DNA of 64,000 bases from an uncultured Actinomycetes bacterium (GTDB lineage Bacteria > Actinomycetota > UBA4738 > HRBIN12). The DNA lies in NCBI GenBank assembly GCA_963704725.1, contig OY969934.1:320001-384000 (forward strand), given 5' to 3'. Made by a program: the position numbers and the translations under genes. Positions 30,838 through 40,906 of this stretch are shown in pieces. The notes under the pieces are model-generated. The model did not search any database. It was not told the origin of the DNA and saw nothing but the letters and a program-made list of their open reading frames with translations. Position 1 is the stretch's first letter, and each line of letters starts with the position of its first letter.

Positions 30838-31266
30838 CTACTCGGCCAGTGCGAGGAGCACGCCCTCGGGGCCGCGGACGTAACAGAGCCGATAGCTGTC
30901 CTCGTACTGCACCACCTCGCCGACGAGCTCGGCGCCGCGGGCCTGCAGGCGGGCGAGGACGTCCTCGATGTCGTCGACGGCGAACATGATGCGACCGATG
31001 CCCAGCGTGTTCACCGGTGCGTTCGGCTCAGCGGTGGTGGCGGGCGGCGAGTGGAACTTGCTCAGCTCGATCCGGCTATGGCCGTCCGGGGTTCGCAGCA
31101 TCGCGATGTCGCTCCGGACGCCGTCGAGCCCGACGAGGCGGTCCACCTCTGGTCCCTCGACCGTCGTCTCGCCCTCCAGCGCCAGACCGAGCTCGACGAA
31201 GAACGCGATTGCAGCCTGGAGGTCGTCCACGACGATGCCGACGTTGTCCATCCGCTTGATCGTCAT
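30838..31266 (-). CDS. VOC/glyoxalase family protein
   Basis: RMDNVGIVVDDL, RIELSKF, YRLCYVRGPEG. Confidence 0.88.
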   Translation of the reverse strand: MTIKRMDNVGIVVDDLQAAIAFFVELGLALEGETTVEGPEVDRLVGLDGVRSDIAMLRTPDGHSRIELSKFHSPPATTAEPNAPVNTLGIGRIMFAVDDIEDVLARLQARGAELVGEVVQYEDSYRLCYVRGPEGVLLALAE

Positions 31267-31291
31267 GTCCTCGACTCCTCTGTCACGTGCT

Positions 31292-31906
31292 TCAGGGTGT
31301 GGCGGTTGCATACTGCGGGCGCCCGGTGGGCCGGTAGACCTGGATCGTGACGCCCGACGGGGTGGGTCGCGAGTCGACCAGGTCGAGCGCCGTGTCCGGG
31401 CCGGAGTCGGGGAACAGCCGCGTGCCCTGGCCGACGACCACCGGGACGGTGAGCAGGGTGATCTCGTCGACGAGCTGGTTCTCGAGCAGCCACCGGATCA
31501 GGGCGCCGCTGCCGTGCACCTGCAGCTCGCCTTCCGGCTCGGCCTTCAGCTCGCCGACGGCGGCCGCGAGGTCACCGGAGAGGACGGTCGTGTCCGCCCA
31601 CAGCGGGTCGGTGAGTGTCGTCGATGCGACGTACTTGGGCTTCGCGTTCAACACCGTCCAGATCGGGCTGTCGCCCGGATCCGCCCACGTTCCCCAGGAG
31701 GCGGCGAAGATCTCGTAGGTCCGCCGGCCGAACAGGAACGCGTCGGCGCGCGCATAGACCTCGTTCAGGAACCCCATGGCCTCGGTGTCGGCGTACGGCG
31801 TGACCCATCCGCCGCGCTCGAAGCCGCCGCTGCGGTCCTCGTCCGGCCCGCCGAGTCCCTGCATCACTCCGTCGACGGTGACCATCGTGACGGTCGTCAG
31901 CTTCAT
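31292..31906 (-). CDS. Dihydrofolate reductase-like (RibD C-terminal) protein
   Basis: VTVDGVMQG, FGRRTYE, KYVASTT, QVHGSG, PVVVGQGTRLF. Confidence 0.9.
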   Translation of the reverse strand: MKLTTVTMVTVDGVMQGLGGPDEDRSGGFERGGWVTPYADTEAMGFLNEVYARADAFLFGRRTYEIFAASWGTWADPGDSPIWTVLNAKPKYVASTTLTDPLWADTTVLSGDLAAAVGELKAEPEGELQVHGSGALIRWLLENQLVDEITLLTVPVVVGQGTRLFPDSGPDTALDLVDSRPTPSGVTIQVYRPTGRPQYATATP

Positions 31907-31931
31907 GGTCGCATGTCCTTTCCCTCGTGGG

Positions 31932-32546
31932 TCAGTCGACCGTGGCCGTTCCGTACTGCGGGCGCCCGGTGGGCCGGTAGACCCGGATCGTTATGCCGCT
32001 GGGGGTGGTACGCGATGATCCGACCAGCTCGAGCGCCCCGTCCCGGCCGGTGTCGGGGAACAGCCGCGTGCCCTGGCCGACGACCACGGGGAAGGTGAAC
32101 AGGGTCATCTCGTCGACGAGGTCGTTGTCGAACAGCCACCGGAACAGGGCGCCGCAGCCGTGCACCTGCAGCTCGCGGCCCGGCCTGGCTTTCAGCTCGC
32201 CGACTGCGGCCGCGAGATCACCGGAGAGGACGGTCGTGTTCGCCCACCGCGGGTCGGTGAGTGTCGTCGATGCCACGTACTTGGGCTTCGTGTGCAACGC
32301 GGTCCAGATCGGACTGTCGCCCGGATCGTCCCACGATCCCCAGGAGCCGGCGAAGACCTCGTAGGTCCGGCGGCCGAACAGGAACGCGTCGGCGCGCTGG
32401 TAGATCTCGTCCATGACCGTCGAGGCTTCGTCGTCGAAGTGGGCCCATCCGCCGCGCTCGAATACGCCGCGCTCGTCCTCCTCCGGCCCGCCGGGCCCCT
32501 GCATCACTCCGTCGACGGAGACCTGCGTGGTGGTCGTCAGCTTCAT
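31932..32546 (-). CDS. Dihydrofolate reductase-like protein, tandem paralog
   Basis: Same length and motifs as 31292-31906, with long identical stretches. Confidence 0.9.
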   Translation of the reverse strand: MKLTTTTQVSVDGVMQGPGGPEEDERGVFERGGWAHFDDEASTVMDEIYQRADAFLFGRRTYEVFAGSWGSWDDPGDSPIWTALHTKPKYVASTTLTDPRWANTTVLSGDLAAAVGELKARPGRELQVHGCGALFRWLFDNDLVDEMTLFTFPVVVGQGTRLFPDTGRDGALELVGSSRTTPSGITIRVYRPTGRPQYGTATVD

Positions 32547-32588
32547 GGTCGCCCCCCTTTCTCGCCGGGTTCGTCCCTCGTTCGATTC

Positions 32589-32615
32589 GACCGGACCGCG
32601 GCGCCGATCTCATCG
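32589..32615 (-). promoter_or_regulatory. SigG/ECF56-type promoter
   Basis: CGATGA-N18-GTC. Confidence 0.6.
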
Positions 32616-32874
32616 GTCGCAGCAGATCCCGTCCGGCCGATCTTCCAGCACCCTTCCCGAACACGCGCCCCAGGTCGGCGAGGTCGTACTCCTGAACGGA
32701 CACGAACGGGACGGGCTGCATCGTTCCCGGTCCCCTCGCCGGGGGCAACTCGCCGCTCCGGGGTTCTCGAGGCCCGCCGGCGCACCGGCTGCCGTGTCCT
32801 CCGACACGCTGTGCTCGCCCGGTGCAAGGCGGCTCGATCTGTGGAAGGCTGACTCGGCTCGAAGGGGGCACGCG

Positions 32875-33402
32875 ATGCTGGCGGCGGATGTCTACATGGT
32901 CGTCTTCCGGATCGTGCACATCGTGTCCGGGGTCGTCTGGGTCGGCTCGCTGTTCGTGGTGGTGGTCTACATCCAACCGATCGCCGCGGCGATCGGGCCG
33001 GCGGGCACACCGTTCATGTCGGAGCTCCGCAGGCGCCGGCTCGTCGACGCCATCCTCGCCATCGCCGTGGTCACCGTGGCCGGCGGACTGTTCGTCTATT
33101 GGCACGACTGGCACACGTACCCGAGCTTCGGCGACTGGATCAGCTCGACCTTCGGCGCCACGTTGACCGTGGGCGCGCTCCTCGCGATCTCGGTGATCGG
33201 CATCGGTACGCTCGTCTCCCGCCCCAGCATCGGTCGGCTCGTGGCCCTCGGGCGGCAGGTCGCCGAGGCGGGCGGACCACCCTCGCCCGAGGTCTCGGCG
33301 CAGATCGCCGCGACCCAGCGCCGGCTGATGCTCGCCGAACGGGTGAGCCTCGCCCTCACCTTGCTCGCCGCCGTGGCGATGGCGTCGGCGCGATACCTGT
33401 AG
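32875..33402 (+). CDS. Four-TM hypothetical membrane protein
   Basis: VFRIVHIVSGVVWVG; hydrophobic helices; purine-rich RBS. Confidence 0.75.
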   Translation: MLAADVYMVVFRIVHIVSGVVWVGSLFVVVVYIQPIAAAIGPAGTPFMSELRRRRLVDAILAIAVVTVAGGLFVYWHDWHTYPSFGDWISSTFGATLTVGALLAISVIGIGTLVSRPSIGRLVALGRQVAEAGGPPSPEVSAQIAATQRRLMLAERVSLALTLLAAVAMASARYL

Positions 33403-33510
33403 CGGTCGTCCTGCGCCGCCGCGTCTCCGAGCGGGTCGTCCCTCCGGTGAGCGTGGTGCTCGAGGCCGAGGCCCGCGCCTACGTCGACGGTCTCACGGCG
33501 TTCCGGCGCT
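33402..33510 (+). pseudogene. Possible Fic-family internal fragment
   Basis: VVLRRR..VPPVSVVL..AYVDGLTAFR resembles the segment following the Fic motif. Confidence 0.45.
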
Positions 33511-33566
33511 GGGAGCGTCGGGAGCGTCGGGCCGCTCCCTACCCTTCGAGCCCGGATCCTCGCTCC

Positions 33567-33782
33567 TTACACGTGATGGATGCGCGTGCGGACAAGGTGG
33601 TAGAGCCCGATCAGCAGCGGGATCAGGGCGATCAGCGGAAGGAGCTCGGCGTCGTGCGTCCCTTCCTTGTTGGTCGTCGCGACGAGCCACCAACCTGCGA
33701 ACCCGGCGGCGAGAACGAAGGCTCCGGCGACGAGCCATCGGATGCCCGAGCGCCTCTCTTCTTGTGCGGTTCGAGGCTTCAT
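33567..33782 (-). CDS. Small two-TM hypothetical protein
   Basis: RBS GGGGAG; two hydrophobic helices in 71 aa. Confidence 0.6.
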   Translation of the reverse strand: MKPRTAQEERRSGIRWLVAGAFVLAAGFAGWWLVATTNKEGTHDAELLPLIALIPLLIGLYHLVRTRIHHV

Positions 33783-34064
33783 CTCCCCTCCCCTGGACCG
33801 GTTGCACGCCAACCGTCGATTCCCGCCGGCCATCGGGGGAGAGGCTTCGGTCCCCACCGGCGTGGGACCCTCTCTCTCCTGCGACCTGCTCGTCGACTGG
33901 AGGCGCCGGGCCCCGGGGCGCACATCTGAACAATCCCTTACAACTTGCGCTCTCGAGCCGGCCGTCCGTAACGCCCCCGCCGCGCGATCACACGTCCTCC
34001 CCGCATGCACATCCATCGACGGATGCCCGGGTCCCCGTCATCGACCCGAAGGGGGATCGACGCA

Positions 34065-35156
34065 ATGTCAGGCAGAACTCGATTCGCACGCGCGATCGTG
34101 GCCGGGGTGGTCCTCACCCTCGCCTCGATCGTCGCGGTCCCCGTCGCAGTCGCGGCGGAGCCCGCAGCAGGGCACGTGTACGTCCAGACGAACGACCCGA
34201 GCGGCAACGCGGTCGTCGCATTCGATCGCGCGGCCGACGGCACGCTCACGTACGCCGAGACCGTCTCGACGGGCGGCCTCGGGCTCGGGGCGAGCCTCGG
34301 CAGCCAGGGCGCGCTGACGGTCACCGACGACGAGCGGCACCTGCTCGTCGTCAACGGTGGGAGCGACGACGTCTCGCTGTTCGCGATCAGGGACGGCGGG
34401 CTCGCGCTCACCGACGTCGAGCCGGTCGGCGACCTGCCGGTCAGCGTGGACGCGTCGGGCAGCGTGGCGTACGTGCTGAACCAGGGCGCGAGCACGATCC
34501 AGGCGGTCCGGATCGCCAAGGACCGTCTCGTGGCGATCCCGAAATCGACCCGGCCGCTCTCCGGCCCGGCGGCGAACGCGGCGCAGGTCGCGTTCAGCCC
34601 GAACGGCCGGATCCTGGCCGTGACCGAGAAGGGAACCGCGACGATCGACACGTTCGCGGTGCGCCGGGACGGTCGCGCCACGGGCCCGAGGGTCCAGGCC
34701 TCGAACGGCCTCACCCCGTTCGGCTTCGCGTTCGGCCCGGACGGACGGCTGTACGTCTCGGAGGCCCCGACCAGCTCGGCGTCGAGCTACGACGTCGCGT
34801 CCGACGGAACGATCGGCCTGATCAGCGGGTCCGTGCCGAACGGCCAGGGCGCCGCTTGCTGGCTCGTGGTCACCGGCGACGGCCGCTTCGCGTACACGGC
34901 CAACGCCTCGACGGACGACGTCAGCTCGTATGCGATCGGCGCCGACGGCTCGCTCACGCTGGCGAGCGGCGTGGCCGGGACGACCGGCGACGGTCCGGTC
35001 GACATGGACCTGAGCGACGGCGACGGGTTCCTGTACGTGTTCGACCGCGCGGGCGGGTCGATCTCCGCCTTCGCGGTGAACGCCGATGGCTCGCTGACGG
35101 CGCTCGCCGGCGCCGGCGGCGTCCCGACGACGGGCAACGGGATCGCCGCGATCTGA
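34065..35156 (+). CDS. Secreted lactonase-family beta-propeller
   Basis: Signal peptide; VYVQTND, LGSQGAL, PFGFAF, AACWLVVT, PVDMDLS. Confidence 0.85.
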   Translation: MSGRTRFARAIVAGVVLTLASIVAVPVAVAAEPAAGHVYVQTNDPSGNAVVAFDRAADGTLTYAETVSTGGLGLGASLGSQGALTVTDDERHLLVVNGGSDDVSLFAIRDGGLALTDVEPVGDLPVSVDASGSVAYVLNQGASTIQAVRIAKDRLVAIPKSTRPLSGPAANAAQVAFSPNGRILAVTEKGTATIDTFAVRRDGRATGPRVQASNGLTPFGFAFGPDGRLYVSEAPTSSASSYDVASDGTIGLISGSVPNGQGAACWLVVTGDGRFAYTANASTDDVSSYAIGADGSLTLASGVAGTTGDGPVDMDLSDGDGFLYVFDRAGGSISAFAVNADGSLTALAGAGGVPTTGNGIAAI

Positions 35157-35178
35157 CGGCGGTCGAGCGTCACCGGTG

Positions 35179-35212
35179 GCGGGACGGGCGGGGAAGGCCT
35201 CGCCCGTCCCGC
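35179..35212 (+). terminator. GC-rich hairpin
   Basis: GCGGGACGGGCG / CGCCCGTCCCGC. Confidence 0.6.
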
Positions 35213-35301
35213 GCCGCGGCAAGCCCGGGTGAGGCTCGTCTAGAGTCCGGCCGATGGCGCCCGGCATGCCCGAGACCGTGGGCTCGAGGAAGCGGATCCC
35301 G

Positions 35302-36261
35302 ATGAGGGCGGCGGTCCGGACCCGGTACGGCCCGCCGGAGGTCGTCCGGGTCCGCGAGGTGCGCTCGCCGGCGATCGGCCCTCAGGACCTCCTGGTCCGG
35401 GTCCACGTCACGACGGTGACCCGGACCGACTGCGGCGTCCGCGCGGCCAAGCCGTTCTTCATCCGCGGGTTCACGGGGGTGACGAGGCCGAAGCGGTCGA
35501 TCCTCGGCGGCGAGTTCGCAGGCGTCGTCGAGGCCGTCGGGCCGGATGTCACGTCCTTCGAGGTCGGCGCGAGGGTCTTCGGCTTCAGCGAGGACCTCGG
35601 GGCGCACGCCGAGTACCTGCGGATGGCGCAGGATGGGCCGGTCGCGACGATCCCGGGCGATCTGACCTTCGAGGAGGTGGCCCCGAGCACGGAGGCCTCG
35701 TACTACGCGCTCACGATCGTCCGGGCCGCGGACGTTCGGAGCGGGCAGCGCGTCCTCGTGAACGGGGCGACCGGCGCGATCGGGTCGGCCGCGGTCCAGC
35801 TGTTGAAGGAGCGCGGGGCCGTCGTCACGGCCGTGTGCGACACGCCGAACATCGAGCTCGTCCGGGGTCTCGGCGCGGACCGCATCATCGACCGGAACGT
35901 GACCGACTTCACGCGGGACGAGGAGCGATACGCGGCCGTGGTGGACGCCGTGGGGAAGAGCTCGTTCGGGCGGTGCCGGCGGCTGCTGGAGCCGCACGGG
36001 CAGTACCTCTCGAGCGATCTCGGGCCGTACTGGACGACCCCGCTCCTCGCCCTCGTCACCCGCTTCGTCGGCGACAAGCGGGCGAGGCTGCCGGTCGGGC
36101 CGAACCGCGACCGCGCGGTCGTCGAGTACCTCCGCGGACTGCTCGAGTCCGGGGCGTTCCGGCCGCTCATCGACCGGCGGTATCCGCTGGAGGAGATCGT
36201 CGAGGCGTACCGATACGTCGAGACGGGTCGCAAGGTCGGCAACGTCCTGATCACCGTGTAG
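35302..36261 (+). CDS. NAD(P)-dependent MDR oxidoreductase
   Basis: MRAAVRTRYGPP, GATGAIG, ETGRKVGNVLITV. Confidence 0.9.
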   Translation: MRAAVRTRYGPPEVVRVREVRSPAIGPQDLLVRVHVTTVTRTDCGVRAAKPFFIRGFTGVTRPKRSILGGEFAGVVEAVGPDVTSFEVGARVFGFSEDLGAHAEYLRMAQDGPVATIPGDLTFEEVAPSTEASYYALTIVRAADVRSGQRVLVNGATGAIGSAAVQLLKERGAVVTAVCDTPNIELVRGLGADRIIDRNVTDFTRDEERYAAVVDAVGKSSFGRCRRLLEPHGQYLSSDLGPYWTTPLLALVTRFVGDKRARLPVGPNRDRAVVEYLRGLLESGAFRPLIDRRYPLEEIVEAYRYVETGRKVGNVLITV

Positions 36262-36304
36262 GGCGGCGCTGGTTGGTCGCGCGTTCGAGGCGCAGGATGG
36301 AGCC

Positions 36305-37277
36305 ATGGAGCCGGATCGTGGTCGTGTCCGGCGGATCGCCCCCGGGGTCGTGGCGTTCGCGGTCCTCGTCGGGGCGATCTGGCTCGTGGCGACCGGCGGG
36401 CCGATCGGCACCGCCCCCACGCCCACCCCGACCGGGTCGCCGGCTCCGACGCCGCCGCCCGCCCTGTCCCGAATCGCCGAGGTCGGCGGTTCCGCGCGCG
36501 TCGGCTTCGTCGGCCTACCTCCCGAGGGGGCGACGCCGAGCCAGCCGAGCGAGCGGGGAGCTCGTCCTCAGCTACTTCGGGCGGCAGTTCACCCACTGGT
36601 ACCAGGTCTGGGTGTACGAGGACGGGCGGCTGATCTGGCAGGGGGAGGGCGACGTCCGGGAGGGGGCGAACGAGTACGCGACGGGCTTCCTCGAACAGCG
36701 CCTCACGCCCGGGGGCATCCGGCTGCTGCGGCGTCGAGGATCGCCGGAAGCCGCGCTGTTCGGCTTCCCGTGGCGGCCCCCGTACCCGGCGTCCTGGCTG
36801 CCGCCGCGTGCCTGGGAGGATCCCTCGATCCGGGCGTACGTGCCGTCCCGATACGCGGTCTGCTACCAGGGGTTGCTGCGACCGATCGAGCCGTCTCGCC
36901 TCGTGAGCTGGCTTCCGGCGCCGGTCGCGAGGATCCTCCGCGGCGGGGACTTCGACACGACCTCCGTCGACCACTGGCTCCGCGGGTTCGGCGGCGGCTG
37001 CTCCAGCGTCACGACCGAGGATGCTCGCGCGATCGCCGGAGCGCTCGAGGACGCCGGGTTCCGGCAGAACGAGGAGTTCCAGAAGGCGTTCGGGCTCACG
37101 TACTACTTCACGCCCGGAAGGTCGCTCCGGAACGAGATGGTGATCAGGTTCGAACCGATCCTTCCGCACGGCGAGGTGGGCTGCTCGAGCTGCGGAGTTG
37201 TGACCCCCGGTCCGCCACGGGACGGTGTCGAGCGGCGTGCCGGACCGGCGACGCCCCGGGGGCACCTCGTCGCCTGA
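36305..37277 (+). CDS. Membrane-anchored hypothetical protein (frameshift near 36553)
   Basis: TM helix and Pro/Thr linker, GFVGLPPEGATPS, continuing in another frame as GELVLSYFG..WVYEDGRLIW. Confidence 0.6.
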
Positions 37278-37284
37278 TCACCCC

Positions 37285-38472
37285 TCACGTCTCGGCGCCG
37301 CGCCAGGCCTCGCGCACGGGCACCCGGCCGCCGAAGCGGAGCACCCCGCCCGCGTAGACCCGGGCCGCCGCGCGCACCAGGCCGTAGACCGCGGCCGCCA
37401 TCAGCCCCGCAGCCAGGACGGTCTGCCACAGCGGGACGCCGCCGTGGGCGATGCGCACGATCATCACGAACGGCGCCGTGGGCGGGAACAACGACCCGAG
37501 GACGGCCGCGCCGCTGTCTGGGGACTCGGTCGCCAGGAACGCGAGGAGGTACGCGGCGAGCTGCACCGCCGTCATCGGGAGGACGAGGCTCTGGGTTTCC
37601 TCCTGGCGCGAGACCAGCGATCCCGCCGCCGCGTAGACCACCGAGTAGAACCCGTAGCCCAGGACGAACCAGAACACGATCCACCCGAGCGTGCCGGCCG
37701 TGGTCTCGGGGATCACCGCGTTGTCCGAGACCGACAGGGCGACGAGCCCGGCGGCGACGACGAGCGCGAACTGCGCCAGCCCGACGAGGCCGATCCCGAG
37801 GACCTTGCCACCGAGCAGCTCGGTGGCCCGGACGCGCGAGAGCAGCACCTCGACCACGCGGCTCGACTTCTCTTCCACCACGCCCACCAGCACGAAGCCA
37901 CCGTACGTGGCGATCATGATGAACAGCAGCACGACGCCGATCCGGCCGAGATCGGCTCGGGCCGTCTCCTCCTCGGTCGTCGGGTCGAGGCTCGTGGACC
38001 GGAGGTCCGGAGACGAAATCAGCCGCTCGGCCTCGTCCGCGGTGAGGCCGAGCTCGCCGATCGTCTCCTGCCGGTCGAGGGTCGTCACCGCCGCCGTCAC
38101 CGCGGTCCGGAGCTGCTCGTCGACCTCCGCCTTCCACACGAGCGCCTGCTGATCCACGAGGAGGACCGACACCTCGTCGGCGCGCAGGGCGGCCCGGCCC
38201 GCGGCCGCGCCGGCGAGCTCCCGGGTCTTCACGGTCATGTCGAGCTGCTCCCCGGTGGCCTCGAGGACGGCCGGGAGCTGCGGCGAGCTCGCGCCGACCA
38301 GGCCGACCGTCCGGGTGGGCTTCTCGCCCCCGCCGTAGATCTCGGGGACCATGATGAGGGCGACGACGACCCCGACCGCGACCAGGGTGGAGACCCGGAA
38401 CGCCGTCGTGCGCACCCGCTGGTTCCACTCGCGACGGGCGACGAGCCACAGGCGCCGCATCCCGCCGCTCAT
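37285..38472 (-). CDS. ABC-2 type permease (NatB-like)
   Basis: LVARREW, VVEEKSSRVVEVLL, GKVLGIG, AGSLVSRQEE. Confidence 0.88.
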   Translation of the reverse strand: MSGGMRRLWLVARREWNQRVRTTAFRVSTLVAVGVVVALIMVPEIYGGGEKPTRTVGLVGASSPQLPAVLEATGEQLDMTVKTRELAGAAAGRAALRADEVSVLLVDQQALVWKAEVDEQLRTAVTAAVTTLDRQETIGELGLTADEAERLISSPDLRSTSLDPTTEEETARADLGRIGVVLLFIMIATYGGFVLVGVVEEKSSRVVEVLLSRVRATELLGGKVLGIGLVGLAQFALVVAAGLVALSVSDNAVIPETTAGTLGWIVFWFVLGYGFYSVVYAAAGSLVSRQEETQSLVLPMTAVQLAAYLLAFLATESPDSGAAVLGSLFPPTAPFVMIVRIAHGGVPLWQTVLAAGLMAAAVYGLVRAAARVYAGGVLRFGGRVPVREAWRGAET

Positions 38473-39365
38473 GCGCCCCGCCCTTCCGAGACCGCCTCCA
38501 GGAACAGGTCCGTCAGCGACGGCGGCTCGAAGCTGAACGACGTGACCTCGCCGACCCGGCGAGCTCCCGCCAGGATCTCCTCCAGCTCGACCGCGGCGTC
38601 CACGAGCACGTGCACTCGGCCGTCCTGCTTGCTCGTGATGGTGCCGGTGGGAAGCGCGGGCACCCACGGCTGGCCGTCGACGGTGATCTCCAGCGATCGG
38701 TGGGACGAGGCCGCCTTGAGCTCCTCCACCACGCCGGCGAGCACGATCCTGCCGTGGTCGACGATCACGACGTCCTGGCACACGTCCTCGACGAGGTCCA
38801 GCTGGTGGCTCGAGAAGACCACGGCCACTCCCATCGCCGCCGTCTGCACCAGCAGCTCGGCCAGGGACTGGACGCCGAGGGGGTCGAGCCCGCTGAACGG
38901 CTCGTCGAGCACCGCGAGCTCGGGATCGTGCACGAGCGCCGCGGCCAGCTGCACGCGCTGCTGGTTTCCGTGGGACAGCTCCTGCAGGCGCGCGTCGGCG
39001 CGGTCCGCGAGACCCAGGCGCTCGAGCCATCCGGCGGCGGCGTGGCGGGCCTGCGCTCCCTCCAGCCCGGACAGCTCGGCCATGTAGGTGAGCTGCTCGG
39101 CCACCTTCATCTTCGGATAGAGGCCTCGCTCCTCCGGCATGTAGCCGAACCGGAGCCGCTGGGCGGGGCCAACCGGGGTGCCCTTCCACAGCACCTCGCC
39201 CCGGTCCGGGCGCACCAGGCCGAAGATCGCCCGCATCGTGGTGGTCTTGCCGGCGCCGTTCGGACCGAGGAACCCGACGATGCGACCCGGGGCCACGGTG
39301 AAGGACGCTCCGTTGAGGGCCACGACGTCGCCGAACCGCTTCGACAGGTCGACGATCTCGAGCAT
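38469..39365 (-). CDS. ABC transporter ATP-binding protein
   Basis: GPNGAGKT, LSHGNQQR, LDEPFSGLDP. Confidence 0.92.
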   Translation of the reverse strand: MLEIVDLSKRFGDVVALNGASFTVAPGRIVGFLGPNGAGKTTTMRAIFGLVRPDRGEVLWKGTPVGPAQRLRFGYMPEERGLYPKMKVAEQLTYMAELSGLEGAQARHAAAGWLERLGLADRADARLQELSHGNQQRVQLAAALVHDPELAVLDEPFSGLDPLGVQSLAELLVQTAAMGVAVVFSSHQLDLVEDVCQDVVIVDHGRIVLAGVVEELKAASSHRSLEITVDGQPWVPALPTGTITSKQDGRVHVLVDAAVELEEILAGARRVGEVTSFSFEPPSLTDLFLEAVSEGRGA

Positions 39366-39699
39366 CCGTGGCCTCCGGAGCCCAGCCTCGCCGGGGAGCC
39401 GGACGCACCGCAAGGTGCGGGGTCCCGATGGCCGAGGGACCAAGGTCCCGCCGCGCCCGCGGGCCCGACGCGCAACCCGAGCGGCCGAGGACCGGCCGGG
39501 TGCCGAGCCAGGGGTGTATCGTGTCGGAGCAACCAACGCTGGTGCGTTGTCTGACGCTCTCGGACCCCTCGCCTCCCGCGAAGCGGTCGCCTACCCCCAC
39601 CCCTGAGCCTGGGCCGCGTTCCCCCGCTGGGGATGCTCCGTCGACGGGAGGAGGGGCAGACCGTCCGTTGTCTCGACTTCGACAGGGGAAGGAGTTCCG

Positions 39700-40431
39700 A
39701 TGGATCAGACCAGGAAGATCTCGCTGATCGCGGGATGGCTCTTCATCATCACGTTCGTCACGTCGATCCCGGCAGCGCTGTTCCTGTACACGCCGGTTCT
39801 CGACGACGCCCGGTACATCGTCGGTGCCGGAGCCGACGGCCGCATCGCCTTCGGAGCGCTGCTCGAGATGATCCTCATCATCGCGAACATCGGGAGCGCG
39901 GTCGTCCTGTTCCCGATCCTCAAGCGACAGAACGAGGGACTCGCCCTCGGCTACGTGACCGCCCGCATCGTCGAGAGCGGATTCATCGCCGTCGGCATCC
40001 TCAGCCTCCTCGCGATCGTGACGTTGCGCCAGGACGTCGGAGGTTCCGCGGGCGCGGCCTCGCTCGTGCCGGTCGGCAGGTCGCTCGTCGCGGTCCACGA
40101 CTGGACGTTCCTGCTCGGACCCGGCTTCATCGTCGGGGTCGGGAACGGGTTGCTGCTGGGCTACCTGATGTACCGATCCGGCCTGGTGCCACGGCGCATG
40201 ACCATGCTGGGGCTCGTCGGAGGTCCGCTGATCGTCGCGTCGGGGATCGGCGTGCTGTTCAACGCCTTCGAGCCGGGCTCGGCGCCGCAGGTCGTCGCGA
40301 CGATCCCCGAGTTCTTCTGGGAGTTGTCGCTCGGCATCTACCTCATCGTCAAGGGGTTCAAGCCGGCGTCTCCGATCCTCGCGAGCGACACCACACGGGT
40401 CGTCTCGGTGAACGTTCCCGACCTCGTCTAG
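39700..40431 (+). CDS. DUF4386 family membrane protein
   Basis: FIITFVTSIPA, LALGYVTARIVE, WELSLGIYLIVKGF. Confidence 0.8.
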   Translation: MDQTRKISLIAGWLFIITFVTSIPAALFLYTPVLDDARYIVGAGADGRIAFGALLEMILIIANIGSAVVLFPILKRQNEGLALGYVTARIVESGFIAVGILSLLAIVTLRQDVGGSAGAASLVPVGRSLVAVHDWTFLLGPGFIVGVGNGLLLGYLMYRSGLVPRRMTMLGLVGGPLIVASGIGVLFNAFEPGSAPQVVATIPEFFWELSLGIYLIVKGFKPASPILASDTTRVVSVNVPDLV

Positions 40432-40437
40432 CGGATC

Positions 40438-40475
40438 CGTTCGAGGGCGGGGCACCACGGCTCCGCCCTCGAACG
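40438..40475. terminator. Hairpin between convergent genes
   Basis: CGTTCGAGGGCGG / CCGCCCTCGAACG. Confidence 0.65.
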
Positions 40476-40524
40476 CGCCGTCGCCGGGTCGGCTCGGCGG
40501 TGCGCGCTCCCCGTCGTCGGCTCG

Positions 40525-40887
40525 TCAGGCCCGCTTCGCACTCATCTGCGCGAGTCGCGTCTTTACGACCTTCTTCACGAGTGCCACGGGGAGTCGCTTG
40601 CCGTACGAGAAGCTGATCGTCCCCTTCCCGGTGACGAGGTCGCCGAGCTCCTCGCGGTGAGCCTCGACTGCCGCCCCGCTCATCGGGAAGAAGCTGTAGT
40701 GATCCTTGAACGCCGCGTATGCCACGAACCCGCGGCCGCCCAGGAGGAACCCGGGCATGCTGTAGGTGATCCCCTCCTTGGCCTCGGGCGCCGCCGCCGA
40801 AATCGTCTGGCGGAGCTTCTGGAGCGCGGCGCGCACCTCGGGGCTCAGGCTCTTGAAGTACGCTTCGACGCTCTTCGGCTTCTCCAC
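40525..40887 (-). CDS. DUF1801/YdhG family protein
   Basis: SVEAYF..LRQTISAAAPEAKEGITYSMP..YAAFKDH..KGTISF. Confidence 0.85.
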   Translation of the reverse strand: MEKPKSVEAYFKSLSPEVRAALQKLRQTISAAAPEAKEGITYSMPGFLLGGRGFVAYAAFKDHYSFFPMSGAAVEAHREELGDLVTGKGTISFSYGKRLPVALVKKVVKTRLAQMSAKRA

Positions 40888-40906
40888 GTGCGCTCCTCCG
40901 CCTCTG

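Noticed and set aside
30829-30846. VOC gene ends AE-TAG-LG-TGA, suggesting amber readthrough
   Set aside because: A CAG-to-TAG change or base error near the C-terminus explains it; no recoding machinery seen
39510-39650. Nested hairpin (CAACGC/GCGTTG) in the ABC/DUF4386 intergenic region as a riboswitch or sRNA
   Set aside because: No recognisable family consensus; more likely promoter or operator DNA. An Rfam cmscan would settle it.
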